From a virus (Duplodnaviria > Caudoviricetes): 64,000 nucleotides of DNA. Location: positions 32,001 to 96,000 of the IMG/VR virus record IMGVR_UViG_3300029288_000065, one strand, 5' to 3'. The first letter of the stretch is position 1. Every line of letters begins with the position of its first letter. Of the stretch, positions 46,979 to 56,125 are shown piece by piece. A program made the translations under genes and the position numbers. The notes under the pieces were generated by a model, which did no database searches, was not told where the DNA came from, and worked only from the letters and a program-made list of their open reading frames with translations.

Positions 46979-47608
46979 ATGGATGAATTCGATAATAGAA
47001 TACGATTTGATCCACCTCCAATCAATTTCACTGATGATGTGGGAACTACAGGTCAGACCCATGATACTTACCCAGCACCCAATCAGCAGCCACGATATGA
47101 TTGGATGAGGATGTTCCTTATTGGTCTTCTTTCACTTCAGTCTTCAGATGATGCTCCTACACAGTATAGAACTGGTACTATGTGGTTTAGACGTGGTGAT
47201 AAGGCGATTCTTCAATGGAATGGATCTGCTTGGGTAGATATTTCTGATCATATTGTAATGAGGGTTGGTACTTCATCGGTTTCATTACAGAGTTTTTATG
47301 AGACAACAGTTGCCAAATTAAACTCTGTTATGCCAAGATACACATTTGGTGGAAAGTTTACCAAGAATGATCCTACTTATATTCCACTTCCTGATGTGAT
47401 TGGCTCTGCAATGGTTGGGTATCTAACAATTTTGAGACCACTTCTCTATGTAAATGGTCAGTTGATTGATCCGAGATTAATTCAGTTTAGTAGTGGTATT
47501 CCTATTACTGTTGAACTTCCTACTACATTGGGTATAAAAACAGACGATATTTTTACTGTGATCATTGAACGGTTTGATTTATTTGTTGATACAGAGATGT
47601 TGGCATAA
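46979..47608 (+). CDS. Tail/baseplate structural protein
   Basis: TGTMWFRRGDKAILQWNGSAWV fibre-type motif; CAAAAATA upstream. Confidence 0.55.
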   Translation: MDEFDNRIRFDPPPINFTDDVGTTGQTHDTYPAPNQQPRYDWMRMFLIGLLSLQSSDDAPTQYRTGTMWFRRGDKAILQWNGSAWVDISDHIVMRVGTSSVSLQSFYETTVAKLNSVMPRYTFGGKFTKNDPTYIPLPDVIGSAMVGYLTILRPLLYVNGQLIDPRLIQFSSGIPITVELPTTLGIKTDDIFTVIIERFDLFVDTEMLA

Positions 47609-47618
47609 GGAGCGATGG

Positions 47619-48707
47619 ATGAGCCAGAAGATTGAAATCCCAGAAACCGTCAAGGTTTGCATGCCTGGTGATGATCTGAAAAGGCCAAAACGAGAGGCAT
47701 GTCAGGGTGTAATTGAATTTATTGTTAAGGATAAAAATGGCCAAATAGTCCAACGTTGGGAAGAACCAAATATTGTTAAGATTTTCGCAAAAGAAATGCT
47801 CTCACACAGATTACCTTCGTCACAATACTGGGACCCACTGGCTAGTAGCGGTGCAGGTGCCTGGGTAAACACAGACCTTGACCCTGATGAAGAATTCTCA
47901 GCAAGATATATTCTCCTTGGTGCGTCATTTGACGCCAATGGAATACCAATTGATAATGACCCAAGGTATTATACTACTGACCCTGTTACAAATACTATTG
48001 TACCGATTCGTTTGGAACCAGGCGCAGATTATGATGGGGAATTAATCAATTCAATTCCTCTTACAGACCCAAATCGTCCTTTAAAAAAGATCGAAGCCAT
48101 TGATTTCCAACCAACTTATCAACCTGCCGGTCAACCTTTACTCCAGAGCGACGTTAGAGCTATTAACAATATTGTGTTACTCCAGACTACGATAAAGCTT
48201 GATGAATATAATGGTTTTGGTCTAACTGATAGTGATTTCTTTGTTCTAACTGAGGTTGCTTTGGCTGGTGGTCGTAAGATTGATAGTGTTGATAATTGTG
48301 AATGCAAACCACGTGAATTATTCTTGGAAGGTCCAACAGGTTCTGCTGGGGTTGCTTTGCATTGTGTTGCCAATGGTAGTGACGTTATTTCGATTGACCC
48401 GAGTGAAACAGAGGTTGATCTTATTAAGCAGGGTGATCAGATAAAGATTGTTGGTCCTGATGATTCTCAAGGTGAGGAGACTTTATCACAGGTGTCTCCT
48501 TTTTATTTGGTCATGAGTAAGGCTGTTGGTGGCCGAGACATTACTCTTGATCGTACTCCGGTTTTTTCTACTAATACTCCAATTGTTGGAGGTATTGGTG
48601 TTTTCCGTGATACATTGAGGATTTTCTCTCATCGAATTTTGAAGACTCCGGTGAAGAAGAGTGCTGATTTTGAGATTACGATCATTTGGCGAATTATTTT
48701 TAATTAG
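47619..48707 (+). CDS. Tail-collar / fibre-attachment type baseplate protein
   Basis: NIVK, LTEVAL and C-terminal IFSHRILKTPVKKSADFEITIIWRIIF; AAGGAG SD. Confidence 0.6.
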   Translation: MSQKIEIPETVKVCMPGDDLKRPKREACQGVIEFIVKDKNGQIVQRWEEPNIVKIFAKEMLSHRLPSSQYWDPLASSGAGAWVNTDLDPDEEFSARYILLGASFDANGIPIDNDPRYYTTDPVTNTIVPIRLEPGADYDGELINSIPLTDPNRPLKKIEAIDFQPTYQPAGQPLLQSDVRAINNIVLLQTTIKLDEYNGFGLTDSDFFVLTEVALAGGRKIDSVDNCECKPRELFLEGPTGSAGVALHCVANGSDVISIDPSETEVDLIKQGDQIKIVGPDDSQGEETLSQVSPFYLVMSKAVGGRDITLDRTPVFSTNTPIVGGIGVFRDTLRIFSHRILKTPVKKSADFEITIIWRIIFN

Positions 48708-49120
48708 TCTTGTTTTTGTCTGTCTCGGATTATTGTTTTGAAGATCTCTAATTCTCGTTTTGATAGTTGGTATTGTATACTTGCACTTTCATAACTTAAA
48801 ACCATTGATATTGTCGCGTCACCAACCATCTCTTGGAAAGAGATATGTATATCAGTTGTATACCAATCCAAGTTTGTGAAAATGTGTAATATATTGTATA
48901 ATCCATGGGCGCGGATTTCCATTTTGAATACGTGACCTATGCGGTTATGTGGATTGGCGAATTCTTGGATGTCTTGTGTGTATACATCTTCTGGGATTTC
49001 ACACCACAAGCCATAATAATGTATATCAGTAGGTATAAATATTGTGTATGTTTCATGATATTTATGGTTGTACTTCATAATAAAATCTCGCTGCAAGTCG
49101 AAATTCAGGAATCTTTTCAT
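48704..49120 (-). CDS. Hypothetical protein (weak DP motif)
   Basis: QEFANPHN. Confidence 0.45.
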   Translation of the reverse strand: MKRFLNFDLQRDFIMKYNHKYHETYTIFIPTDIHYYGLWCEIPEDVYTQDIQEFANPHNRIGHVFKMEIRAHGLYNILHIFTNLDWYTTDIHISFQEMVGDATISMVLSYESASIQYQLSKRELEIFKTIIRDRQKQD

Positions 49121-49189
49121 ACGTTTTCTTATCGTGTTTGCATAATTCCTAAATAATGGTTGTTTGATATAATTTCTCGGAGGTGGTTT

Positions 49190-49603
49190 ATGCTTTCAGA
49201 AGACCAGAAGAATATCGTCCGTACAATCATGAATGCTGCTGATCCTCAGAATGTTCTTGATTGGGGATATACAAACGAGACTTCAAGTCATGATTCTTAT
49301 TATATTTCATATAACGAGAAACATGTTGGGTTTTTCCGTTTTGTAGATCCCATCACATTATATGTGAAGGCTGGCAGACATTTTCGAACGTTTGATATTG
49401 CGAATCCAGCAGAGTTTGATGTGAATAATGTTGCGCTCTGGATTATTAGAAGTGTATTATATGATTTTGCCATTAATATTAATGATAATATTACCGATGC
49501 TCCACTTGATTGGAAAATTAAACTAATAGAAAGTTTAAAGAGTGTTCTTATTTGGGCAATGATTATTGGTGGGATTTTGATTGGGATTTCTCTCTTTTTG
49601 TAA
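49190..49603 (+). CDS. Hypothetical membrane protein, DP-motif family
   Basis: FDIANPAEFDVNNV; C-terminal TM helix; GGAGG SD. Confidence 0.55.
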   Translation: MLSEDQKNIVRTIMNAADPQNVLDWGYTNETSSHDSYYISYNEKHVGFFRFVDPITLYVKAGRHFRTFDIANPAEFDVNNVALWIIRSVLYDFAININDNITDAPLDWKIKLIESLKSVLIWAMIIGGILIGISLFL

Positions 49604-49612
49604 ATATAATGT

Positions 49613-50212
49613 ATGATTTACCAACTATATGGCGGTGGTGGTTTAGGTGACTCATGGGCGTCTGTCAACTATGTTGGCAAGTGTCATGGCACTCTGTCTG
49701 TAATAACAAAAGATAATGCTGTTAAAACAGATATGTTGAACGATATAATTTCGTTGCTTGGAGTCCAAAAGAATGTAAATCTATCGCAGCAACGTGGTGA
49801 TCATAGTTTAACTAGAATGGTTTGGATGAGTCCATATTTGCCTACTGTTAGGCGTTGGAAGCCTGGACCTTTTGGTAGGATTTGTTATCAGTTTGAGGGA
49901 ATTAGTAATGCACATTTGAAACAACCCCCACAGGCTGATTTTGAGAGGCTTGTTAGTTTCGCTCCTGGTTTTCAGTTTGTCAGACTCGGAAAGCCAGCAA
50001 GTTTGATTGAGTCAGTTGAATTGATGTATAAGAGCGATTTGTTTTTGGGGATTTGTAGTGGCTTTTCTCATATTGCTCATAGTATGGGTATTCCAACTTT
50101 TCTAATTCAATATCAGATGCCAATCGCACCGTGGCATCATGGTAAAAAGTATTCATTATGTAATGGGACGAATGAGGCAATTCATGTTGTCAAGTCTTAT
50201 CTGAAGATTTAA
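49613..50212 (+). CDS. GT9-like (heptosyltransferase-fold) glycosyltransferase, compact
   Basis: N-terminal GGLGD; SDLFLGICSGFSHIAHSMGIPTFLI matches the GT9 FxGxDSGxxHxAxxxGxP motif. Confidence 0.65.
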   Translation: MIYQLYGGGGLGDSWASVNYVGKCHGTLSVITKDNAVKTDMLNDIISLLGVQKNVNLSQQRGDHSLTRMVWMSPYLPTVRRWKPGPFGRICYQFEGISNAHLKQPPQADFERLVSFAPGFQFVRLGKPASLIESVELMYKSDLFLGICSGFSHIAHSMGIPTFLIQYQMPIAPWHHGKKYSLCNGTNEAIHVVKSYLKI

Positions 50213-50504
50213 TATCTTCAACAACCCATTCATTCCAGGAGACTTTGGAAATTAGTCCTGCTTCCCACCATAAATTGGTGTATTGGTCTCGAATTTTCTT
50301 TATCCACCTAATATCAAATGCTTTCTCTTCTTTTACCCAGATAAACGGAATATTTCCTACACTTTTGACGATGATGTACCTCTCAAGTGCTTCGTTTTTG
50401 AAATAAGTAAAAGTGTACTTTTGAAGACGACACCACGAAAGAAAATCTTTAAAGATTTCCAGAGGATCACATTCTGGATTTGCCAAATCAAACTCTATCT
50501 TCAT
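50190..50504 (-). CDS. Hypothetical protein, N-terminal DP-motif subfamily
   Basis: FDLANPECDPLEIF; C-terminal LWWEAGLI. Confidence 0.6.
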   Translation of the reverse strand: MKIEFDLANPECDPLEIFKDFLSWCRLQKYTFTYFKNEALERYIIVKSVGNIPFIWVKEEKAFDIRWIKKIRDQYTNLWWEAGLISKVSWNEWVVEDIKSSDKT

Positions 50505-50814
50505 AATCCTTAAAAGTCCCTGTATATTTATAATTATTCTTTCTCTTACCTATTCGTTTAAAGTGTTTTATTCTCTCACTAAAGTTCACTAAGCACGTAT
50601 CACAAATATAAACTTCCAGGAATTCATAGTCGTCGAAAGGGTCGTATTTTGTGCTCCCGTAGTTTCCGCTTCCTTTAAATATTACGCCTCCATCTAGCAT
50701 TCCCCAATAGAGAAGTCCATTTTTGGATGGTCTAACTTCTTCCTGAAGCATAATCTTCCCGCAACAAATGCAAATACATTTTACTATCTTGGTTGGGGCT
50801 CTCTTTTCAGACAT
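50488..50814 (-). CDS. Hypothetical Zn-binding protein
   Basis: CICCG...GNYGSTKYDP...ICDTC. Confidence 0.6.
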   Translation of the reverse strand: MSEKRAPTKIVKCICICCGKIMLQEEVRPSKNGLLYWGMLDGGVIFKGSGNYGSTKYDPFDDYEFLEVYICDTCLVNFSERIKHFKRIGKRKNNYKYTGTFKDYEDRV

Positions 50815-51436
50815 TTTTCCCTCGTTTTCTATTCATACCAGGTCTATAAGAGAAGAATCTTTCTGTATTCTCCTTACAATATTCTGCCCATTCCTTTGCT
50901 TTGACAATAATATTAACAATTTTATTTATAATAAATTCCGGATCCCATTGTGGGTTTGCTACAGTTTCGTCACTCCAACTAGCAATAGTCATAATATTAT
51001 AGGAACGTTGCCCTATACCATTTGTATTTGTTATATGAGATATATAAATCCCATTCCCATTCTCGTCACTTTCTGTGTCCCACCCGAAACCGTTTTCTTC
51101 TTGAATCTGTCTTTCTGATTTGTTATTGCAAAAGACTTTAAAGGACATTCCGTAGACTTGTACGTAGAGACAAGTTCCATTTCGACCTCCAATTCCTTTC
51201 TGATATGATGGTTTTAATCGTCTTGATATTGTTTGTTTACTTTCAAGGAGACGTACTAATTCAGATGAGTGCCAACTCTTCCTACTATGTGGTGGGACAA
51301 AGCAGGAGTTGACAGTAGGTACAACAACAGGTGGTTCTTTAACTCTGCTCATAGCAAGTCTAATTTGTGACTTTATGCCTTTTTCTTTCAGGCGTTCTTG
51401 AGTCTTGGTTAATATTCCAAGTAGAACTTCTCTCAT
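50807..51436 (-). CDS. Hypothetical protein, DP-motif family
   Basis: ETVANPQWDPEFIINKIV. Confidence 0.55.
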   Translation of the reverse strand: MREVLLGILTKTQERLKEKGIKSQIRLAMSRVKEPPVVVPTVNSCFVPPHSRKSWHSSELVRLLESKQTISRRLKPSYQKGIGGRNGTCLYVQVYGMSFKVFCNNKSERQIQEENGFGWDTESDENGNGIYISHITNTNGIGQRSYNIMTIASWSDETVANPQWDPEFIINKIVNIIVKAKEWAEYCKENTERFFSYRPGMNRKRGKNV

Positions 51437-51855
51437 TGTTTTACCCCTATCTTGAAGATCTTATCTATGTGAGCTACTATCTTTTCTGCGATCTTATCAG
51501 GATCAAAGTGTGGGTCAGCATATTCCCACTTTTCTTCAGTATGCGTAGGACCAAAGAAACATACTAACGTGAATCCTTTTTCGTCGAAATAGAACAGAGA
51601 AGTTAAGAAATCAAACACGAAAACACCGCAAGTTTCTGGCCAACAATATTTTGTTTGAACCATGCGTTTTCCAGGCAATACTTTTGTAATTCTTTGATAT
51701 ACTGCTTTTCCACTTTGATCTTCTGGTTCATTGTCGAGATTTAGTCGTTTTACTACTGCCAGACATTTCGTATAAAGAATTGCACGTATGGCAGTTCTAA
51801 AATTCTCAATGAGTACATCTTCCTGCGGGTTGTCGGCTTCTTTATTATAATACAT
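51433..51855 (-). CDS. Hypothetical protein, DP-motif family
   Basis: WEYADPHFDPDKIAEKIV. Confidence 0.6.
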   Translation of the reverse strand: MYYNKEADNPQEDVLIENFRTAIRAILYTKCLAVVKRLNLDNEPEDQSGKAVYQRITKVLPGKRMVQTKYCWPETCGVFVFDFLTSLFYFDEKGFTLVCFFGPTHTEEKWEYADPHFDPDKIAEKIVAHIDKIFKIGVKQ

Positions 51856-51881
51856 GTCGTATAGTATCTAGGTCTTATTCA

Positions 51882-52442
51882 CTATAAATCATAGTTTGTC
51901 GTCGGTATCTTTGGCTCCATCTTTTCGCGTTTCAAGTAATCAGATGACAAAATGTATGCAAATCTTTGTTGTTTTGCATTCTTTTTCTCTTTCCCGACTG
52001 GTGATTTTTGAATATATCCATAAAGGATAAGAGCTTCCAATCTGAAATAAACCTCTGGTGGTTCCATTCGTTCTTTTTGTTGAGATCTTACCCAAATATT
52101 GGCTTCTCGTTCTATGAAATCTTGACTTACCACACCATTTTCTTGATATTCATCTCTTATAAGTTTAACGATTGCTCTTTGCGTGCTTGATAATTCTTCG
52201 TCATTCAGATAATTGGTTACTTTATGGATCTTCTCTTCGCCAGCTAATAATCTAAATATCATTGAGAAGACTGCCAAAAGCATACCACATACTATTGCTG
52301 CTATTCTTTGTTCGTCATCTATCTGTAGATCGAATCCTGGAATTCCTTTGACGATTCCAAATATGATTAAAATTGCCGCGAATGAGAAAGTTATTCCTGA
52401 AAAACCAGAAAGTCGTTTGAGGATTGAAACCAAGATCTTCAT
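51882..52442 (-). CDS. Two-TM membrane protein with possible winged-helix C-terminus
   Basis: Two hydrophobic helices, then EVYFRLEALILYGYIQK. Confidence 0.55.
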   Translation of the reverse strand: MKILVSILKRLSGFSGITFSFAAILIIFGIVKGIPGFDLQIDDEQRIAAIVCGMLLAVFSMIFRLLAGEEKIHKVTNYLNDEELSSTQRAIVKLIRDEYQENGVVSQDFIEREANIWVRSQQKERMEPPEVYFRLEALILYGYIQKSPVGKEKKNAKQQRFAYILSSDYLKREKMEPKIPTTNYDL

Positions 52443-52476
52443 ATTGTATCTTTGTCGTTGGACGATAGAAAACCTT

Positions 52477-52767
52477 ATGAAAAATATTGATTTAGCAGAC
52501 CCAAGTATTGATCCTGTGGAATTATTTGAAAGTTATAGATCATGGATGCGAGAGAATTATCATCAAAAATGGATTACCAATACATATTTGATTTATTTGT
52601 GGTTTTCAGAGAAGATGAAATGCGATCTTAAAAGTCCAGTTGAAGAGAATCAATGGCAAAGCGTACGTAGATTGTGCGCAGCTTGGGTAAAGATAGGGTT
52701 GATCCATAGGGAAACAGATTCAAGTAAATACTTGGAGTACTACAGATTCGAAATGGAGTTGCGATGA
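52477..52767 (+). CDS. Hypothetical protein, N-terminal DP-motif subfamily
   Basis: MKNIDLADPSIDPVELF; C-terminal AAWVKIGLI. Confidence 0.6.
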   Translation: MKNIDLADPSIDPVELFESYRSWMRENYHQKWITNTYLIYLWFSEKMKCDLKSPVEENQWQSVRRLCAAWVKIGLIHRETDSSKYLEYYRFEMELR

Positions 52768-53384
52768 AAAAGTGGATTTTTGTCACAGGGACAACTCGTG
52801 GGAGTTTTACAGCGGTTGAACCAGATGGAGAGATCAGAGAAGTAATAGGACTCGATGTTAATTTGGGAATGGAAAGCGGGGAAAACGTCAAAGAAGCCGC
52901 ACAAAAACTTCTAAATAAGCTCGCAAGATCACATACCATACCGGAAGTCTTATATAAGAAGAATAAGATTATTGCATATGAAATATTGGACAATGGTGAT
53001 TTCGTAGACATAAAGAAAGATCTCTCAGAAGTAGACGTAGAGGAGGTACACAAAACAGAAGTAACATCAGTATATCAGAACGTAAAATGTAAATGGTGTG
53101 AGGAAGCTCTTCCCAAGAATGGTGCTGCTCAATTTTCACACCTGAAAAAACATCTAAAACAATTGGTAGTTGCTGGTTTGATGACTCAGGAAGTAATGAA
53201 CGCTGTTAATAGTCTTACCTTAAAGGGCGACGTGGTGGAAATCTTACAACGCGCAAAGGCCGCTGGACTCTTAAAGGCCGCTGTGGCTGCTTCACCTGGA
53301 TCGGAGCAGGGGCAGGGGCAGCAGAAACAGGAACAGAACCAGCAAAAACCTTTGCCAACTTCTGATCCAACTCCAAAAACCTAG
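52764..53384 (+). CDS. C2H2 zinc-finger-containing protein
   Basis: CKWCEEALPKNGAAQFSHLKKH; GGAG SD. Confidence 0.6.
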   Translation: MKKWIFVTGTTRGSFTAVEPDGEIREVIGLDVNLGMESGENVKEAAQKLLNKLARSHTIPEVLYKKNKIIAYEILDNGDFVDIKKDLSEVDVEEVHKTEVTSVYQNVKCKWCEEALPKNGAAQFSHLKKHLKQLVVAGLMTQEVMNAVNSLTLKGDVVEILQRAKAAGLLKAAVAASPGSEQGQGQQKQEQNQQKPLPTSDPTPKT

Positions 53385-54276
53385 CTTCACAAGTAAATTC
53401 CTGTCCCTTGCCTTCCAAGAATTTACCGATTCTCTCAATATATCCTTGATATTCAGAATCTGGCATTTTCTCACAGAAATCAGCAACGGCCTTTGGATCA
53501 TAATTAAATTTCCTGATATCAATAAACAAATCTGGATCTATTATTTCATGAATATTACAACAACCGAGATAAATTGGAATCGAAGCTGATAGAAAACCGT
53601 GGAATATTTTCTCGGTCAGGTAATTCTTGGAATAAACAGGATCGTGGCTATTTTCCAAGGCCCAGACGAACTTGCAATCCGTCAATAAGATTCTGGCGTC
53701 GTTGAATTTTATTGGTGTACCTCTATGACCATTGACGTATTTTTCTCTTTGATAATTTGGATCATTTATATCCCACCCACCACCATAATACTTAAATGAT
53801 CTTCCTTTTAGAGCTTCTACAACTTTGGTTCTGTAATACCCCCAATCACTTGGGAATTTTGGTGCTGGTTTCTTACTCAGACACATACCAAACATATACT
53901 TTGCTTGTTTATTTTTTGATGTCTGGTCAAAAAGTTGTTTCTCATCCTTCCACCAAGTCATTATTTGATGGTGCATCGTTTTTGGTTGAGTACAGTAATT
54001 TGGATTGAAGTGGAATCTCATATCCCATCTTGAAGCGTTCAGGTTATAATTTGTATATTCTTGATCGAGGTATGTGAATGATTCAGCGTACCAAGTGGCT
54101 TTGCGAAATGGTCCCATTTGATGATTATAACCATTGGTTGTTAGGTATATGTCTTGTGGCATTGGTCTTGTGAGATGTCCGTTTATCCATTGGTGTTGTA
54201 ATGGAATATTTCTGATTCTGCTTAATTCAAATTCCGCTTCTAATTTTGACCAAGATGTCCATAGTACCCGTTTCAT
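53215..54276 (-). CDS. GT10-family alpha-1,3/4-fucosyltransferase-like protein
   Basis: CKFVWALENS...NYLTEKIFHGFLSASIPIYLG...FIDIRKF matches the GT10 YKFxLxFENS..GYxTEK......xxPIYxG motif; AAGGAG SD. Confidence 0.8.
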   Translation of the reverse strand: MKRVLWTSWSKLEAEFELSRIRNIPLQHQWINGHLTRPMPQDIYLTTNGYNHQMGPFRKATWYAESFTYLDQEYTNYNLNASRWDMRFHFNPNYCTQPKTMHHQIMTWWKDEKQLFDQTSKNKQAKYMFGMCLSKKPAPKFPSDWGYYRTKVVEALKGRSFKYYGGGWDINDPNYQREKYVNGHRGTPIKFNDARILLTDCKFVWALENSHDPVYSKNYLTEKIFHGFLSASIPIYLGCCNIHEIIDPDLFIDIRKFNYDPKAVADFCEKMPDSEYQGYIERIGKFLEGKGQEFTCEARFLELDQKLAKVFAGSVPVSAAPAPAPIQVKQPQRPLRVQRPLRVVRFPPRRPLR

Positions 54277-54363
54277 AAATATCTCCTTTGTTCTTTATAT
54301 ACGGTAACCTAATTTCTCTTTCTAATGTAGATAATCAAAAATATGGGGTAAGAGGAGATAAGT

Positions 54364-56109
54364 ATGCCCACGATCAACCCAGCACTCGTTCCAACCATAG
54401 CTCCTGGAAACATGTTTTCCAGATTCACAACGGATGACACTTTAAATATAAGGTGGTTAACAGCAGAAGATCCAGTGTTGTTCGAAGTATACAATCGCCC
54501 TTCTGCTGATATTGCACTCAGACAATTAATCATAGCCAAAGCAATTGATAATCTTGAACTCCGTCTTGGACACCTCACGATATTCCCATTCTTGATTCCA
54601 CCACTCCTAAATTATGGTTCTGGTGAAATAGATCTTCCATTGTCTTGGATATGGGATATGCACATTTCGATCCCATCCAAATGGGAATATCTGCGACTTG
54701 CCAAGATTAAGAGAATCAAAGGCGAAAATATTAGTCACACAGGAACAGTCGTAGGTGATTATACTGGTATCCTTAGGCTGATCTTTACCGCCCAAGCTGC
54801 AGGAGCTACTTCAGAAACATCTCTATTCTATTTGGACTTCCAAATCGATAGTGTCTATACCTATCAATTTGCCAAGGCTAATGTTGTCACCTCTTCAGAA
54901 GAAACAAATGCTATAGACCCAGGTGAAGCGGAAACGATTGGTGGATATGCGATTTTCAGAACCTTGGACCCAACTGATGTAGGAATTGCTGGTTTCTACA
55001 ATGCGGTTCCTCCGCCAGCCGTTCCAATACTAAACCCAGATGGTACTTTTGCAAATCCAACGATTTATTCGATGGTGGATACAAATGTCGGTGATTCACC
55101 CAGTTTCGCAAGTTTTGCACTAACGCATGGTACGGGTGTGTTAGTTGTCAGTGCATATAATTCAATTCCTGCAATGGATTCTAATTTTAATTCTTGGTTA
55201 ACAAGTAATAATTATCCATTTAGAATTGGTTCTACAAGAACTTCTCTACATGGAATTGAAATTCCTACTGCTTTATTTAGAGAATTTAACATCGTAGTCC
55301 CATCTCCAGATGAACCAGCTGATGATCTTTCCCTGATGAATAGCCCAGTTTGGGTTAGTTCAATCGAACGAATTGATACCTTGGCGAATGAACTTCGTGT
55401 TGTTTTCTCAACACATACTATTATCGATGCCAGTCCTGTAGTTGTTGAATTTGCATCAATGACACTTGAGAGAACGTTTATTGGTGGGAGAGTGGTACCA
55501 ATTACCCCATTGTCTAATCTTCTGAAAAATTCTTCTTCAGAAGCTGATAACTTCCTCCAAGGTTTTGGAACAGGTTATGCTGTATTGAGTAGTCTCTGGG
55601 GTGCTACAACGAATGAAGTTGAATCATTCTTTGATTCTTTCTTGGCTATTTTGGATGTTCCCCCAGTGACGTCATTTACCAAAGAATCAACCATTATTTC
55701 AAGTTATGCTACTTCAAGAGTTCCGAAATGGGTTCCAACACAAGGTATGTTTGGTGCTCTCTTTGGAACTACCGCCAGAAGGACTACTCCGATTTATCCG
55801 TCTGATGATAATCGGTATGTTACTGAGCAGGATCAAGGTTTGGGTGATCCTGTTGATTTCCGGACTTATCCTACATTCCCAGATGCACTCAGAGAGAATA
55901 CTGATATTGAACCGATTGGGTATGTTGGTGGCTTGGTTCATAAGTGTGTTTCTTTGATTGTTAGCTCAAATGGTACTGCACATACCTACGATACTGACAT
56001 TCTTCCACGTTTGAAGGTTCTTCTTGGAAGGGACCCAATTTTTGGTGATGAATGGTATGATGGTACGTATTGGAAGAAGTACAATGGTGATGCTTGGATG
56101 ACGATGTAA
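54364..56109 (+). CDS. Virion structural protein (baseplate/tail)
   Basis: VYNRPSADI; C-terminal GDEWYDGTYWKKYNGDAW fibre motif; CAAAAATA and GAGGAG upstream. Confidence 0.55.
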   Translation: MPTINPALVPTIAPGNMFSRFTTDDTLNIRWLTAEDPVLFEVYNRPSADIALRQLIIAKAIDNLELRLGHLTIFPFLIPPLLNYGSGEIDLPLSWIWDMHISIPSKWEYLRLAKIKRIKGENISHTGTVVGDYTGILRLIFTAQAAGATSETSLFYLDFQIDSVYTYQFAKANVVTSSEETNAIDPGEAETIGGYAIFRTLDPTDVGIAGFYNAVPPPAVPILNPDGTFANPTIYSMVDTNVGDSPSFASFALTHGTGVLVVSAYNSIPAMDSNFNSWLTSNNYPFRIGSTRTSLHGIEIPTALFREFNIVVPSPDEPADDLSLMNSPVWVSSIERIDTLANELRVVFSTHTIIDASPVVVEFASMTLERTFIGGRVVPITPLSNLLKNSSSEADNFLQGFGTGYAVLSSLWGATTNEVESFFDSFLAILDVPPVTSFTKESTIISSYATSRVPKWVPTQGMFGALFGTTARRTTPIYPSDDNRYVTEQDQGLGDPVDFRTYPTFPDALRENTDIEPIGYVGGLVHKCVSLIVSSNGTAHTYDTDILPRLKVLLGRDPIFGDEWYDGTYWKKYNGDAWMTM

Positions 56110-56125
56110 CTAGTATTTTAGGTTT

